63,879 bases of DNA, filler included, from Octopus bimaculoides (GCF_001194135.2; 4 parts of 3 records of this genome joined end to end with filler, not necessarily neighbours in it), one strand, 5' to 3'. Positions 52,324-62,952 are shown, counted from the whole stretch's first letter. Numbers and translations: made by a program. The notes: generated by a model not told the origin, from the sequence alone.

Positions 52324-52559
52324 CACGATATGTATATGTTTATGTCTTTGTGTCTGTGTTTATTCCCCACCACCACTTGACAACCAGTGTTGGTGTGTTT
52401 ATGTTCCCCAGCGTAGCAATTCAGCGAAAGACGCTGATAGAATAATGGTACCAGGCTTAAAAAAAATAAATCCTGAAGTCAATTTGTTTGACAAAAGACC
52501 TTCAAGGTGATGCCCCAGCATGGCTGCAGTCAAATGACTGAAACAAGTGAGAGAAAAGA
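52130..52559 (+). mobile_element. SINE family S1, full length with internal (TA)n
   Basis: tRNA-like head, internal (TA)n at ~52291-52322, 3' domain ending gactgaaacaagtgagagaaaaga. Confidence 0.9.
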
Positions 52560-52958
52560 TTGTTGTTGTTGTTGACTGTGATTGAGCCTTCTGTAAGCAA
52601 CTTGCTGCTGTTTTTGTCTATTTAGAACTGCAATGTCCATTTTGTAAGCTAGTAGGGTGTGATATGAAGTGACTTGGCTACCTTTTTTTGTGCGATTTGA
52701 GCAAGTATGTAAAGGCTCCCTCAACTTGATAATAATAAACATTACTTTTACTTGTGGGATTCAAATGCTAGTTTAAGAACTAACCAATTGCAACCTACTA
52801 TATATATATATATATATAAAATTAAAACATAGGGTAAAAAATCAGATATTAATTAATATCGATTTATTACCAGGAAGCTAGCACATTTAAAGAATCAGAG
52901 AGATTCAGAAAAAATATCTGAGATCTTAGGGGATTAAAGTATATTTTTATATATAACG

Positions 52959-53118
52959 ATGACCACTAAAGTGGACATTTAATGTGCTAGAAATAGACCA
53001 CATGTTGTGTCTACTAAGACCTAATTGTTCTCAAAACGAAATTCAGCGAAATACCATAATTAGTAGACACAACATGTGGTCTATTTCTAGCACATTAAAT
53101 GTCCACTTTAGTGGTCAT
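52959..53118. repeat. Perfect 59-bp inverted repeat with 42-bp spacer
   Basis: atgaccactaaagtggacatttaatgtgctagaaatagaccacatgttgtgtctactaa (52959-53017) is the exact reverse complement of 53060-53118. It lies in a segment bounded by (TA)n runs. Confidence 0.95.
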
Positions 53119-53122
53119 TGTC

Positions 53123-53167
<45 letters not shown>

Positions 53168-53174
53168 TGCACAC

Positions 53175-53290
53175 ACTTGGAAACAGGTGAGGGTCGGCGA
53201 TAGGAAGGGCTTTTGGCCATAGAAAATCCACCTCAATGATTTCCATCCAAACCATGCGAGTGTAGAAAGGTGCATGCTAAAATGATGATA
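53175..53290 (+). mobile_element. Short retroposon 3' end with RTE-type tail
   Basis: gataggaagggc..tagaaaatcc..ccaaaccatgc..aaaatgatgat. Confidence 0.55.
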
Positions 53291-53328
53291 TATATTTATA
53301 GATAGAAATTTTAGTAATTTTGCTTCTA

Positions 53329-53740
53329 TCTTTTACTTGTTTCAACCATTAGACTGCGGCTATGCTGGGGCACTGCCTTGAAGAACTTTTAGTCAAATGA
53401 ATCAACCCCAAGACTTAACTTTTTTTGTTTTATATAAGCTTCATTTTATATAAGCCTTATTCCATCAATCACATTTGCTGAACAACTAAATTACAAGGTC
53501 ATAAACTCACCAGCACCAGTTGTCAAGCAGTGGTGGACCACAAACACAGATACATACAGACACACACACACACACACGCACACACACACACACACGCACA
53601 TACATACATACATACATACATACATACATGATAGGCTTCTTTCAGTTTCCACCTACCACATCCACTCACAAGGTGTCTCACAGTGGGGCTGAACTTGGAA
53701 CCATGTAGCATTGAAGCAAACTTCTTACCCTACAGCTGTG
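53329..53740 (-). mobile_element. SINE family S1, near full length with internal (CA)n/(CATA)n
   Basis: Reverse-complement homology to 52130-52559. Confidence 0.85.
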
Positions 53741-54074
53741 GTAAGAGTTTCAGTCATATGAAATTTCATTACAAGTTAGAAACTAGTCTGGCTGTGTCCT
53801 CTTCTCCTGTTCACAAAAATATTGTCCATGAAGCCAAAGAAATGACATCTGTCTGTCACCTACGATGTTGGCTAAAATCTGTAGATTTATTCTGTAGTAC
53901 AGAGTAGCACAGAAACGCTTTTAATGTCCTCTAAATTTATTAAGATAGGTGGAGGCATGACTGTGTGGATAAAGTACGAGCTGAATTGTGTGGGTAAGCA
54001 GTTGTTTGCTGTATAACCATGTAGCCCATATACATATGCATGGAAGATGGATGTTAAACCATGATGGTGATATA

Positions 54075-54451
54075 TTCATTTATTGTTTTCAGTCATTTGA
54101 CTGTGGCCATGCTGGAGCACTGCCTTGAAGGATTTTAGTCAGATAAATCAACCCTCAGACCTATTTTTTAAAGTCTAGTACTTATTCTATCAGACTCTTT
54201 TGCTGAACTGCTAAGTTACAGGGATGTAAGCACGCGAACACTAGTTGTCAAGTGGTGAGTGGGGAATAAATACCCCACCACACACACACAGCAGGCTTCT
54301 TTCAGGTTCTGTCTACCAAATCTACTCACAAAGCTTTGGTTGGCCTGAGGCCATAGTAGAAGACTCTTGCCTAAGGTGCCACGCAGTGGCACTGAACCCA
54401 GAACCATGTGGATGGGAAGCAAGCTTCTTACCACACAACCATGTCTGCACC
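54075..54451 (-). mobile_element. SINE family S1, full length with short internal (CA)n
   Basis: Reverse-complement homology to 52130-52559, including the head. Confidence 0.88.
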
Positions 54452-54779
54452 TCATATAAAGAGAGGAAGAGAGAGAGAGAGAGTGTGTATGTGTGTGTGA
54501 ATGTTGACATTCCACATCTTTGCCTGTTGCTGATGTGATATTTATATTCCTTGTTGGCATTACAACTTGTTGCTCTGAGCTTTCAAAAACCAGTGGAATA
54601 GAGACCTTGAATAGCTGTTAAGTGTTGGCAACAAGAATGACATTTGGTCATTAAATGCTGTGTCAAAGTAGTCTTTATTCAACCTCTGCCAGCATAGTAA
54701 AATAGATGTAAAATCAATGACTGAACAACAGTTGAAATCAGAATAGTAACTTTGTAAAATTTAATCTCTCTCATTTCAG

Positions 54780-54956
54780 ATGACTTCAATCTTACTGCCT
54801 GTACAAGCATTTTAAAAATTGTCCTTGAGGCATACTATTCAACTTCTAGACGATATAACAAGGGATACAATGAAGAGATTAGAAAAATCATTGCAGCTGA
54901 TAGAAGTGGGGAAACTGAAAATCTTAATTTCGGAGAAGAATCAGAAAAAAAAGATG
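54780..54956 (+). CDS. TTLL3: TTLL3/TTLL8 internal coding exon (177 nt, phase 1 to 1)
   Basis: catttcag|(D)DFNLTACTSILKIVLEAYY..ESEKKD|gtaagt. In phase with the previous exon; matches the EDFxLTAxxxxLKxV motif that follows in TTLL3/8. Confidence 0.9.
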
Positions 54957-55114
54957 GTAAGTAGATTTATTTTATCGAATAACTAGAATTGTTTTAATTA
55001 GTATTTTGAGGGATTATTATCTTGATTGAGGGTTAAACACAAGATTATATTTGTAAGGAGGTGTAAGTTTGATTGAACTGATCCCAAGCTGCTTCTTAAT
55101 TCCTGTTATATCAG

Positions 55115-55215
55115 CTAGTGCTCCATTGGTTGCGATGACGAGGGTTCCAGTTGATCCAATCAATAGAACAGCCTGCTCGTGAAATTAACATGCATGTGGC
55201 TGAGCATTCTACAGA
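55115..55215 (-). mobile_element. SINE 3' fragment
   Basis: gggttccagttgatccaatcaa..agcctgctcgtgaaattaac; related to 22661-22760. Confidence 0.65.
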
Positions 55216-55244
55216 TTACTGGACTGAGCATTCCATTTGATTAC

Positions 55245-55510
55245 TGGACTGGGCTGTGTGTTGTGTTCTTGAGCAAGAAACTTTATTTCATTTTGCTCCA
55301 GTTCACTCAGCTGTAGAAATGAGTTGTGACGTCACTGGTGCTAAGCTGCATTGGCCTTTGCCTTTCCTTTGGATAACATTGGTGGCATGGAGAGGGGAGG
55401 CTGGTGTGCATGGGTGACTGCTGTTCTTCCATAAACAACTTTGTCCAGATTTGTGCTTTGGAAGGGAACTTTCTAGGTACATCCCATGGTCATTCATGAC
55501 CAAAGCGAGT
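55245..55510 (+). mobile_element. SINE family S2, head-truncated
   Basis: Matches the reverse complement of 47525-47785. Confidence 0.85.
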
Positions 55511-55551
55511 CTTTACTTTCTCTCTCTTTCCCTTCCTCTTCCTTCTGATTG

Positions 55552-55745
55552 GGTAACCATGTATCTCCTCCACAGCAGCATACCTGTTTCTGCCCTCATC
55601 CTTGATCATTCTGTCCTCCCTTCTCTGGCTAGGTAACCATGCATCTCCTTTATAGCAGCACACCTGTTTCTGTCCACTTTCTTGCTAACTCACTCTCTCC
55701 AGGTAACCATGTATCTCCTCTTCAGCAACACACCTGTTTCAGTTC
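55552..55745 (+). repeat. 70-79 bp tandem repeat x3 preceding an RTE-type tail (55765-55850)
   Basis: ggtaaccatg(t/c)atctcct..cagca(g/a)ca(t/c)acctgtttc starts at ~55552, ~55632 and ~55702. Confidence 0.8.
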
Positions 55746-56293
55746 TCATTCTTAATCATGTAAAAAGCACTCAGTCCACTCTTTAGGATGATTGGTGTTA
55801 GGAAGGGCATCCATCTGTAAAAATCATGCCAAAACACACAGTCGCCTGGGTTAGTCTTTTTTTTTTTATGACTTAGTAAGAGGAAGAAGAATATTGATGA
55901 TGAGCTTTGCATGGCTCACCTGACTTGTGAGGAAAGTGATGATACACTCTATAGCCCACCTGGTAAATCCATTCTACAAATTTCTATACAGTTTGTCTAC
56001 TCAATTTCACAGACAAGGCCATGCAGTAGGATAGAACTTGTAACCATGTGATTGTGAAGCAATCTTATGTAAACAACCAGGCCCTTACTCATATATCCAT
56101 CAAATATAATTTTGTTTAATTTCTCATGACTTCATTAAAAAAATTACTAATATCTTTTACTCTGATATTTTCAACTGAAAATGTCGAAATTCTTTCACAT
56201 GCATGATGTTTATTTCTTACTTTTAATATCATGGCTTATTTATCTATTAAACCACATGTTCTGATGATTCTTGTTTCTTATTGTGCTGTTCAG

Positions 56294-56415
56294 AAAAGAA
56301 AACCAAAAGAGAAATTCTCAGATTACCAGCTGACATAGTTGAACAGGCTGTCAGGTACTGTGATCTATTTTTAGGCAGCAAGGATAATCAAGATCTTGAT
56401 TCCAGAGTTGAAAAA
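56294..56415 (+). CDS. TTLL3: TTLL3/TTLL8 internal coding exon (122 nt, phase 1 to 0)
   Basis: gttcag|(E)KKTKREILRLPADIVEQAVRYCDLFLGSKDNQDLDSRVEK|gtaaga. In phase; resembles the LVxEAL..CE.YL....H.DID segment of TTLL3/8. Confidence 0.85.
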
Positions 56416-56644
56416 GTAAGAATTATTAGCTTTCTCATTGCTACCAGTTTATTTGTTTTAGAATAAGGTATATATTCATTTACTTCTTTTATGTTAATAA
56501 AATTGAAGCAATGGTTTAGATTGACTGGATTTGAGGATCCAAGAATGGTAATGAAGAATCAGTTATTTGTTGATTCAGTTCTGGACTTATTATAAGCATA
56601 GATTTTAGAATAAAAGGGAAAATGTATGGAAATTTTATGTAGTG

Positions 56645-56830
56645 AGGTATCGTGCTTCACCTCCTCATCCCAGGTCTTCCTGGGTCTACTTCTTCCACAG
56701 GTTCCCTCAACCGCTAGGGTGTGGCACTTTTTCATACAGCTATCCTCATCCATTCTCGCCACATGACCATATCAGCGCAATCGTCTCTCTTGCACACCAC
56801 AACTGATGCTTCTTAGGTTCAACTTCTTAG
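56645..56830 (-). mobile_element. RTE LINE ORF C-terminal fragment
   Basis: QERRLR.YGHVARMDEDSCMKKCHTLAVEGTCGRSRPRKTWDEEVKHD; same family as 1897-2070. Confidence 0.88.
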
Positions 56831-56982
56831 GTTTTTTACGCCCCCGTAACTTAGTGATTCGGCAAAAGAGACCAATAGAATAAGTACTAGGCATCCAAAG
56901 AATAAGTTCTGAGGTCGATTTGCTCGACTAAAGGCGGTGCTCCAGCATGGCCACAGTCAAATGACCGAAATAAGTAAAAGAG
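56830..56982 (+). mobile_element. SINE family S1, 3' fragment (CpG-rich, young)
   Basis: Very close to 11330-11474. Confidence 0.85.
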
Positions 56983-56987
56983 TAGTG

Positions 56988-57123
56988 GGGGACTGGCAAA
57001 CCAGACTCCAATCTGATCTGGCAGAGTTTCTAATTGGAGTCTGGTTTGCCAGTCCCCAGTCAAATCGTCCAACCCATAACGTCCACTTTCCATGCTAGCA
57101 TGGGTTGGACGATTTGACTGGGG
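56988..57123. repeat. Rearranged RTE tail forming two overlapping perfect hairpins
   Basis: 25-bp IR at 56988-57012/57033-57057 and 24-bp IR at 57054-57077/57100-57123. Confidence 0.9.
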
Positions 57124-58157
57124 NNNNNNNNNNNNNNNNNNNNNNNNNNNNNNNNNNNNNNNNNNNNNNNNNNNNNNNNNNNNNNNNNNNNNNNNNNNNN
57201 NNNNNNNNNNNNNNNNNNNNNNNNNNNNNNNNNNNNNNNNNNNNNNNNNNNNNNNNNNNNNNNNNNNNNNNNNNNNNNNNNNNNNNNNNNNNNNNNNNNN
57301 NNNNNNNNNNNNNNNNNNNNNNNNNNNNNNNNNNNNNNNNNNNNNNNNNNNNNNNNNNNNNNNNNNNNNNNNNNNNNNNNNNNNNNNNNNNNNNNNNNNN
57401 NNNNNNNNNNNNNNNNNNNNNNNNNNNNNNNNNNNNNNNNNNNNNNNNNNNNNNNNNNNNNNNNNNNNNNNNNNNNNNNNNNNNNNNNNNNNNNNNNNNN
57501 NNNNNNNNNNNNNNNNNNNNNNNNNNNNNNNNNNNNNNNNNNNNNNNNNNNNNNNNNNNNNNNNNNNNNNNNNNNNNNNNNNNNNNNNNNNNNNNNNNNN
57601 NNNNNNNNNNNNNNNNNNNNNNNNNNNNNNNNNNNNNNNNNNNNNNNNNNNNNNNNNNNNNNNNNNNNNNNNNNNNNNNNNNNNNNNNNNNNNNNNNNNN
57701 NNNNNNNNNNNNNNNNNNNNNNNNNNNNNNNNNNNNNNNNNNNNNNNAATATTAGCGTCCGCACCTGCATATAATAACAAAAATAGGAAATGCTTATTAT
57801 GCATAAATGAAATCTTTTTCCTAATTAGGACCAAAATCCCGATTATTAATAGTTTGAAGGAAAGAAACGTTTCATGCCTTCACAGAATTGGATGTACTTT
57901 CTCTAAATTCAAGTAGAACTCAGGTCTGGATACCGCGCATGTTTTAAATAATACATATTTAAGTTAACCACTATTCTTATGCTGGGTTATGGCATATGTA
58001 ATTCTGTTATCTACATACATATATCTAATATAAGAAAATACCTAGTTCTAGGACACTGCTTTTCGCTAGCGATAACTAATTATGCTCTGCTGACATTGGG
58101 ATGGCTAACACTTGATACTTAAGTGAACATATATGTGGGTACATGGATGTGCATGTG

Positions 58158-58194
<37 letters not shown>

Positions 58195-60426
58195 TTGTGT
58201 ATGTGTGTGTGTGTATATATGTGTATGTATATATGTGTGTGTGTGGGTGTGTATATATATAGCTACAGTAATTAGGAGGTAAACCTAGCTTGATATTAAC
58301 ATACAGGCAGCAAGACATACACTAGAAAATGGGTAGCACTGCAGACACGGCCCCTTTATCAAAACTAATAGAAGTGGCTATGCGTGTGTATGTGTGTGCA
58401 CATGTAGATGTACCTACATGTGTTGTCGTTGGTATTGTTCTTGTTGTCGTTGGTCTTTTATTACTAGAGATAACTCCTCCTGTGTGTATGCACATGCATA
58501 TCTATTTGCTTGTGAGTGCATACGTGGATGTATGTACGTGCATGTGTGTATGTGGATGTGGATATCTATATGGATGTATGTATGTGTATATATGTATGTA
58601 TATATATGTATATATATATGTGTATATATGTGTATGTGTAGGTATATGTATATGTGTGTGTGTATATATGTATAAGTATGTGTGTGTGTACATCTATTTG
58701 TGTGTGTGTGTGTGTGTGTGTATTTACATATGTGTATATGTATAGGTGAGTATGTAGGTAGGTATGTAGTTGTGTACATACGGATGTAATGATAGTTGGC
58801 CACACAGTTGTGTATGTATGAATAAGTATGGGGATATGTGTGGGGACATAATGTGTATAAGGGTGTATATATGGATATGTATAGATGAGAATGTAGTTAT
58901 CCTCATTGTTTCTGTTGTGGCTATCGGCTTGTAGTCTTCTTGAAAGTCTACCAATTTAACTCTATTGCCATTGCATTGGGAATTTTACCCCCTCACCGTG
59001 AGTATATAGTAGGATTAAGAGATGTGTGGCTGCGCGCATACATGTGTATATACATACACGCACGCATTAGCGTGAGTACGGGGAGATATACAGAGCACGC
59101 GTGTGTGTGTGGGGGGGGGATGTGCGCAGGCAAGCTAACATCTTGACCGGTCAGTGGCTATCCAACCGTAGCTAAGCGTAGGCAGTTTAAAACAATAGTT
59201 GCCCAATTGGAAGGAGGGAAGTTAACGGTAGTAATTAACCCTCCCCCATTAGCAGCAGAATGGTAGAGCCGTTGGAAGAAGCAACAGGATATCTTATACC
59301 GCTAAGTTTGAAAGTTTGGCATATTATTGTTGTTGTTGTTGTTGTTGTTGTTGTCACCATCATCGTCACCATCACTGTTATTGCTACTAGAACATTAATA
59401 ACTTGTATAAAATGAACTTCTACATAGAACCTTTGTTCTTATATGTCGCATTCACACTCTCACATATTCATACATCTTTTATGCCACACAATAACTCTTG
59501 TTATTCATTTCATACGGTTGTCTTTTTTCTATCGTCTCATTACTGGTATTTACGAATTCACTAATGTTTGTAGTATAACGTAATTACTTGTATATCATCT
59601 TTGATATATATTTTGGTTTCGACCGTGTGACACGTNNNNNNNNNNNNNNNNNNNNNNNNNNNNNNNNNNNNNNNNNNNNNNNNNNNNNNNNNNNNNNNNN
59701 NNNNNNNNNNNNNNNNNNNNNNNNNNNNNNNNNNNNNNNNNNNNNNNNNNNNNNNNNNNNNNNNNNNNNNNNNNNNNNNNNNNNNNNNNNNNNNNNNNNN
59801 NNNNNNNNNNNNNNNNNNNNNNNNNNNNNNNNNNNNNNNNNNNNNNNNNNNNNNNNNNNNNNNNNNNNNNNNNNNNNNNNNNNNNNNNNNNNNNNNNNNN
59901 NNNNNNNNNNNNNNNNNNNNNNNNNNNNNNNNNNACCAACTACAAGCATTCCCCCCGACGTCGCCAAGTTTCAACAGATCCTTACCACTGTCAACATCAT
60001 TACCACCACACATACAGAACACAGCTATAGCAGTTCCTGCGCCGACGTCTTCATCAATGTACTCTATCTCGGTGTTTTGGGACTTTTCGCAGTCTATACT
60101 ACAGACACTTTCACTTGTTCTGTGTTTTTTCTCACACACACACTTGTGCACTCATACATTTTCTTTCCTTTCAGGGAAAACAAACACTCAGACTTTTACA
60201 TCGCGTGATTCCAGTTTCCTGGACAGTTGTCATCACGGTTGTTTTGTCATTGTCATTTCATTTATACGTTGCATGCATGTGTTTTAGAAGTGTACATTTC
60301 ATTTCTTTGACTTTTCTTTGTGTGTGTTAGTACCACATCTTGTGGGTGGTTTTTCAGTGGCCATCCTGCCTCAGGTGTTCTAACAGATTTCATTTATCGT
60401 GCGTTTCCGCACTGGCAAGGGAGCCC

Positions 60427-60643
60427 TGTAGTAACACTGTGCGCATGCGTAGTCTCACGCATGCGTAGAATTAAACAACCAAGCGTTCCCGCTCAATTCA
60501 TTCTCTTTCTTGCTGGCCAGCATAGAGCAATGGACGTGTCAAGAGTGTCTCTAACATTCGAACTCTGGAGACAGCTTCTTTACGTGTTAAGCTGTCTCTC
60601 TACATCTTTCGGACTTACGCTCGACAGCTCACTCACACCTACA
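60427..60643 (+). mobile_element. Possible 3' LTR of a Gypsy-like element
   Basis: TGTAG...CTACA ends, preceded by purine-rich caagggagccc. No second LTR or TSD to confirm. Confidence 0.35.
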
Positions 60644-60656
60644 TAACAACGTCCCA

Positions 60657-60756
60657 NNNNNNNNNNNNNNNNNNNNNNNNNNNNNNNNNNNNNNNNNNNN
60701 TTAATTAATTAANNNNNNNNNNNNNNNNNNNNNNNNNNNNNNNNNNNNNNNNNNNN
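60657..60756. other. Artificial scaffold linker (44 N + TTAATTAATTAA + 44 N)
   Basis: Identical to the other two linkers. Confidence 0.95.
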
Positions 60757-62614
60757 GGCGGTAGTAGATGACGGACGCGATGTACGTATTCACCACCTCC
60801 GCCTGACCTGTTAGGAACAGCTTCCTCTCGGCTCATTGCCGGGCGAGAGTGACCACCCCACTCGTTATCTCGTTCCAGTTCTTCTCCGTTTGGCGGTCCG
60901 GACCAAATCAGACCCTGAGCAACTCGACCGAACCGTCCCACCAGCAGCCCACGACGGAGGTGCTGGTGGATGGCATGGGCTTGCTTCTCCAGGTGCCGAG
61001 CCGCAAGCCCACTGACTTTTCCCGGTTGATTTTCGCTCTTGTTACTGCTTAGTAGTCTTTCAGTGTCTCGCCGACCATCTCGATGTGCTCCTGGCTTGAC
61101 ACTATGACGGTGACTTCATCCGCGTATGCAGACACGCTCGTCCCGCATCCCAATTCTTGCGGGATGCCCCTCAGCGTCGCCAACTTCCGCAGTAGTGGAT
61201 CGAGAGTCAATACGCATAGAAGCGACGAGAGGGGGCATCCCTGACGGACCGAACGTGCAATGTTGAAATGTCTCGATAGATGTCCATTTACGTGAATTAC
61301 CGAACAGATGCCTCTGTATCCAGCCGCGGAAGACAGGACCGAAACCAGCCGCTATGAGGACAGCCTCCAAGTATCGATGGTCAACCCTATCGAAAGTTTT
61401 GGATTGATCCAAGTTGATCAGGGCTCCACCCATACCAGGTCCCTTAATTACCCTGTCTATGATGTAACGCATCAGATGGAGGTTGTCATGGATGCTCCGG
61501 CCCGGCACGGCGCACATTTGCGCCTTGTCGACCAGTTTCTCGATGACAAGCGCCAACCTCTTGGCTAACACCTTGGCCAACATTTTCAAGTCTGCATCGA
61601 GCAGAGTGATGGGCCTAAAGTTATCTATTACATCCCCCTTGTTTGGATCTTTCTTCAGCAGCGTTACGGCTCCTCTGCTCACAAAACCGGGGATGCTCCC
61701 GTTTTGCTGCCAGTTGCAGTACACTGCTGCAAAGGCGTCTCCAAACAAGTCTGGCACACAAAAAGCTCGTAGGGTAGACCATCCAAACTCGGCTATTTGT
61801 CCATCTGCCATCGCGTTCCGCACTTCCACCTCCGTAATGGCACCCTCGCAGCACCCTGCTTCTCTTGTCGAGAGTCGTAGCAGGCTGTGCAGGTAGGCAC
61901 TGAAGTCTACCCTGCGTTCTCGCTCACCACTCGTCCCGAATAGTCGGGCAAAATGCTGTTGAAAGGCCTCACACATTTTACTTGGCTCGAGTAATTCGCG
62001 CCCCTGTTAATCTACCAGAGACCGAATGGTGGTTTGTTGCCTTGTTGCGCCTCCGCTATCCGGGCCCCTCGCGTGGCTCCAACACCTTCGTTCGTTAGAG
62101 CACGCATTCTAGCACTGACAACACACCATTCGTGTTTGGCGTTGAAGTGTTGGTCGAGGGCCAACTTCGCTGCCAAAACGTCGGATACGATGCCACATCT
62201 AATCGCCTCTTCTAGCTTCTTAACTAGGTCACCTATTACTCTGTTTCTATCTATGACTAGTGTTGTGCTATACCTAATCGATTCTGCTTTTATTGCTCTC
62301 TTGAGAGCAAACCACCATTTGTTGTTGATGATGGCTCCCGTCAAAGCCCTCTTTACTAGCGTGCTAATCCGCTCTCTGAAAACCTGTTTCGATGGGAAAG
62401 AGGTGTTTAATTTCCAGTACCCGGGACCCTGCCTGTGTGTCTTATCTAAGTCTAGCGTACACGTCACAAGTTTGTGATCCGCGTAGCTGACTATGTGGAA
62501 TTGTGGACACCCTACGCTACCTGTATCTACTGTCCTACACAGTATCCAATCTAGATACGATCTCGACGACCCGATGCGGTTGCTACATGTCCACGTTGGC
62601 GCATTTGGGTGTCA
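60757..62614 (-). mobile_element. Tx1-like (L1-clade) LINE ORF2 relic: APE C-terminus + reverse transcriptase, frameshifted
   Basis: SRSYLDWIL..YADHKLV, GPGYWKLNTS, NFRPITLLDADLKMLAKVLAKRL, LDQSKTFDRVDHRYL, RQGCPLSSLLYVL, SAYADEVT. Confidence 0.93.
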
Positions 62615-62905
62615 GATAGTTGAAAGCATATGAGGGCCCACAGTTATTTAACGGCTTGCCAAAACATTTGAGGGATCTCCATGGAGTGGGGGAAAATGTT
62701 TTCAAGAAACAACTTGACCTCTTGCTATCCAAGATCCCAGATGAAGCAATGTCAAGGCAGGAAACTCAAAAGAGGGCAGCAGTGTCGAACTACTTCCCTT
62801 CACCAAAAGCCAATCACATAGAATTGGCCAATTAAAAGGTGATTACACTGATGGTGCGATAACATGGCCACAGCCTTTGGGCTGAAACATATAAAAAAAT
62901 AAAAG
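62615..62905 (+). mobile_element. CR1/L2-group LINE 3' end
   Basis: AYEGPQLFNGLPKHLRDLHGV..FKKQLDLLLSKIPDE..RAAVSN resembles the C-terminal GPxLFNxLP..FKxxLD motif; A-rich tail. Confidence 0.7.
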
Positions 62906-62952
62906 AAAATATATATACGTACATACATATATACTTACATAATAAAATAAAT

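Noticed and set aside
59600-59635. Minus-strand ggtcGAAAcc as half of a hammerhead
   Set aside because: The CUGANGA half would lie in the adjacent gap and cannot be assessed.
56416-60656. Search for further TTLL3 exons downstream (and in 46737-49846 upstream)
   Set aside because: No segment with splice signals and TTL-domain similarity was seen; the remaining exons are outside this block or in gaps.
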